A stretch of 64,000 nucleotides of DNA from Octopus sinensis (taxonomy: Eukaryota), in assembly GCF_006345805.1 (NCBI RefSeq), contig NC_043007.1, positions 22,754,001 through 22,818,000 on the forward strand, written 5' to 3'. The translations under genes were made by a program, and so were the position numbers. Position 1 is the stretch's first letter. Each line of letters starts with the position of its first letter. The notes beneath the pieces are model-generated. The model was not told the DNA's origin and searched no databases. It was given only the letters and a program-made list of their open reading frames with translations. This document shows positions 62,800-64,000 of this stretch, piece by piece.

Positions 62800-63320
62800 T
62801 GTCCCCGTAACTTAGCGGTTCGGCAAAAGAGACCGATAGAATAAGTACTAAGCTGACAAAGAATAAGTCCTGGGGTTGATTCTTCGAATAAAACCCTTTT
62901 AGGCGGTGCTCCAGCATGGCTGCAGTCAAATGACTGAAACAAGTCAAGGAATAAAAGTATGTGGCACCTTGGGCAAGTGTCTTCTACTCTAGCCTCGGGC
63001 CGACCAAAGCCTTGTGAGTGGATTTGGTAGACGGAAACTGAAAGAAGCCCGTCGTATATATATAATATATATATATAATATATATATAATATATATATTA
63101 TATATATATACATGTGTGTGTGTGCGTGCGTGTGTGTGTTTGTCCACCACCATCGCTTGACAACCGATGCTGGTGTGTTCACGTCACCGTAACTTAGCGG
63201 TTCGGTAAAAGAGACCGATAGAAATAAGTATTAGGCTTACAAATAATAAGTCCTGGGATTGATTTGCTTGACTAAAGGTGGTACTCCAGCATGGCCGCAG
63301 TCAAATGACTGAAACAAAAG
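62800..63320 (+). mobile_element. Two partial SINE family A copies in tandem beside the Helitron fragment
   Basis: Tail 62800-62955 then core-to-tail 62960-63320. Confidence 0.75.
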
Positions 63321-64000
63321 AAATATATATATACATATATACTCATACATATATATATATATGCATATATATATACGTATACACTCATACACACACACAG
63401 ACACATATATACACGCATATACACACACGCATATACACACACGCATATATATACACGCATACACACACATAGATATATACGTATTGTAATGCGTATGTAT
63501 CTATGCGCTTTTAATTGAGAAGATAACCTCGTAGACTAGAGTTGGAAACAATAGTTTTTCTCTATCGTTTGATGAGAAACGTGTATGTTCGCGTAATTTC
63601 TCCTCAATTAGCAGACGATCCCAAACTGTTACTGACATTAATTTCCTACAACTTCTTTTTCTCTCATGGCATTCTTTCTCTCTCCTGATCAACGACTTGT
63701 ATTGTTTTGTTGTCATCATAAAATATTCCGTTATCAAAAGTCCTGAAAGCGTTACACGTTTCATTTTGTTTCTGGAAAGTGTTAAAATTCTTCGTTTCCC
63801 CATCCCCTCTGAAATCCGATATTCTAACCATTGTTGTAGCGTTTTAGAAATGCTGTGTGGAGACAAATAATAACCCTGATTCCTTACGGTATTTATGTAG
63901 TCATTTATTTACTTGCTCATTGTCATTCAGTTCGCAAGCTTTTTTAACTGGCTCTGAGTCTGCATCTCGCCCGAGTAAATGCCGCCACCATTGTTTGTCG

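Noticed and set aside
63501-63866. 121-codon non-repetitive minus-strand ORF with a good acceptor (TCTCCACACAG)
   Set aside because: No recognisable domain; length is within chance expectation for this much AT-rich DNA; not called without expression data

Overview
AT-rich, repeat-saturated animal genomic DNA with a 100-N assembly gap at 36034-36133. The SINE repertoire, microsatellite load and 5S sequence suggest a coleoid cephalopod, probably Octopus; this is an inference, not a database result. The only solid protein-coding gene is an uninterrupted 3042-bp ORF (24050-27091, +) encoding a clear LRRCC1/CLERC centriolar protein, apparently intronless. RNA genes: a 719-bp tandem duplication in which each unit carries an intact tRNA-Gly(GCC) followed about 20-25 nt later by a 5S rRNA-like copy (one full length, one internally deleted) with no T-run terminator that runs into a SINE, and an anticodon-arm-less tRNA-Ile-like relic upstream of LRRCC1. 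Mobile DNA: at least four tRNA-headed SINE families (one forms 184-bp headless multimers), an RTE-type tail family, fragments of CR1-type, CRE-type and probable R4/Dong-type non-LTR retrotransposons, two Tc1/mariner relics, a Helitron helicase fragment and a MITE with an 8-bp TSD. The most unusual signal is a set of short fold-back elements beside (TA)n tracts. One family carries a minimal hammerhead-ribozyme motif in each arm, and others form near-perfect 75-210-bp palindromes, as expected for Penelope-like pLTR derivatives. Most ORFs in the supplied track are microsatellite translations. A few isolated exon-like segments hint at a larger spliced gene but are low confidence.
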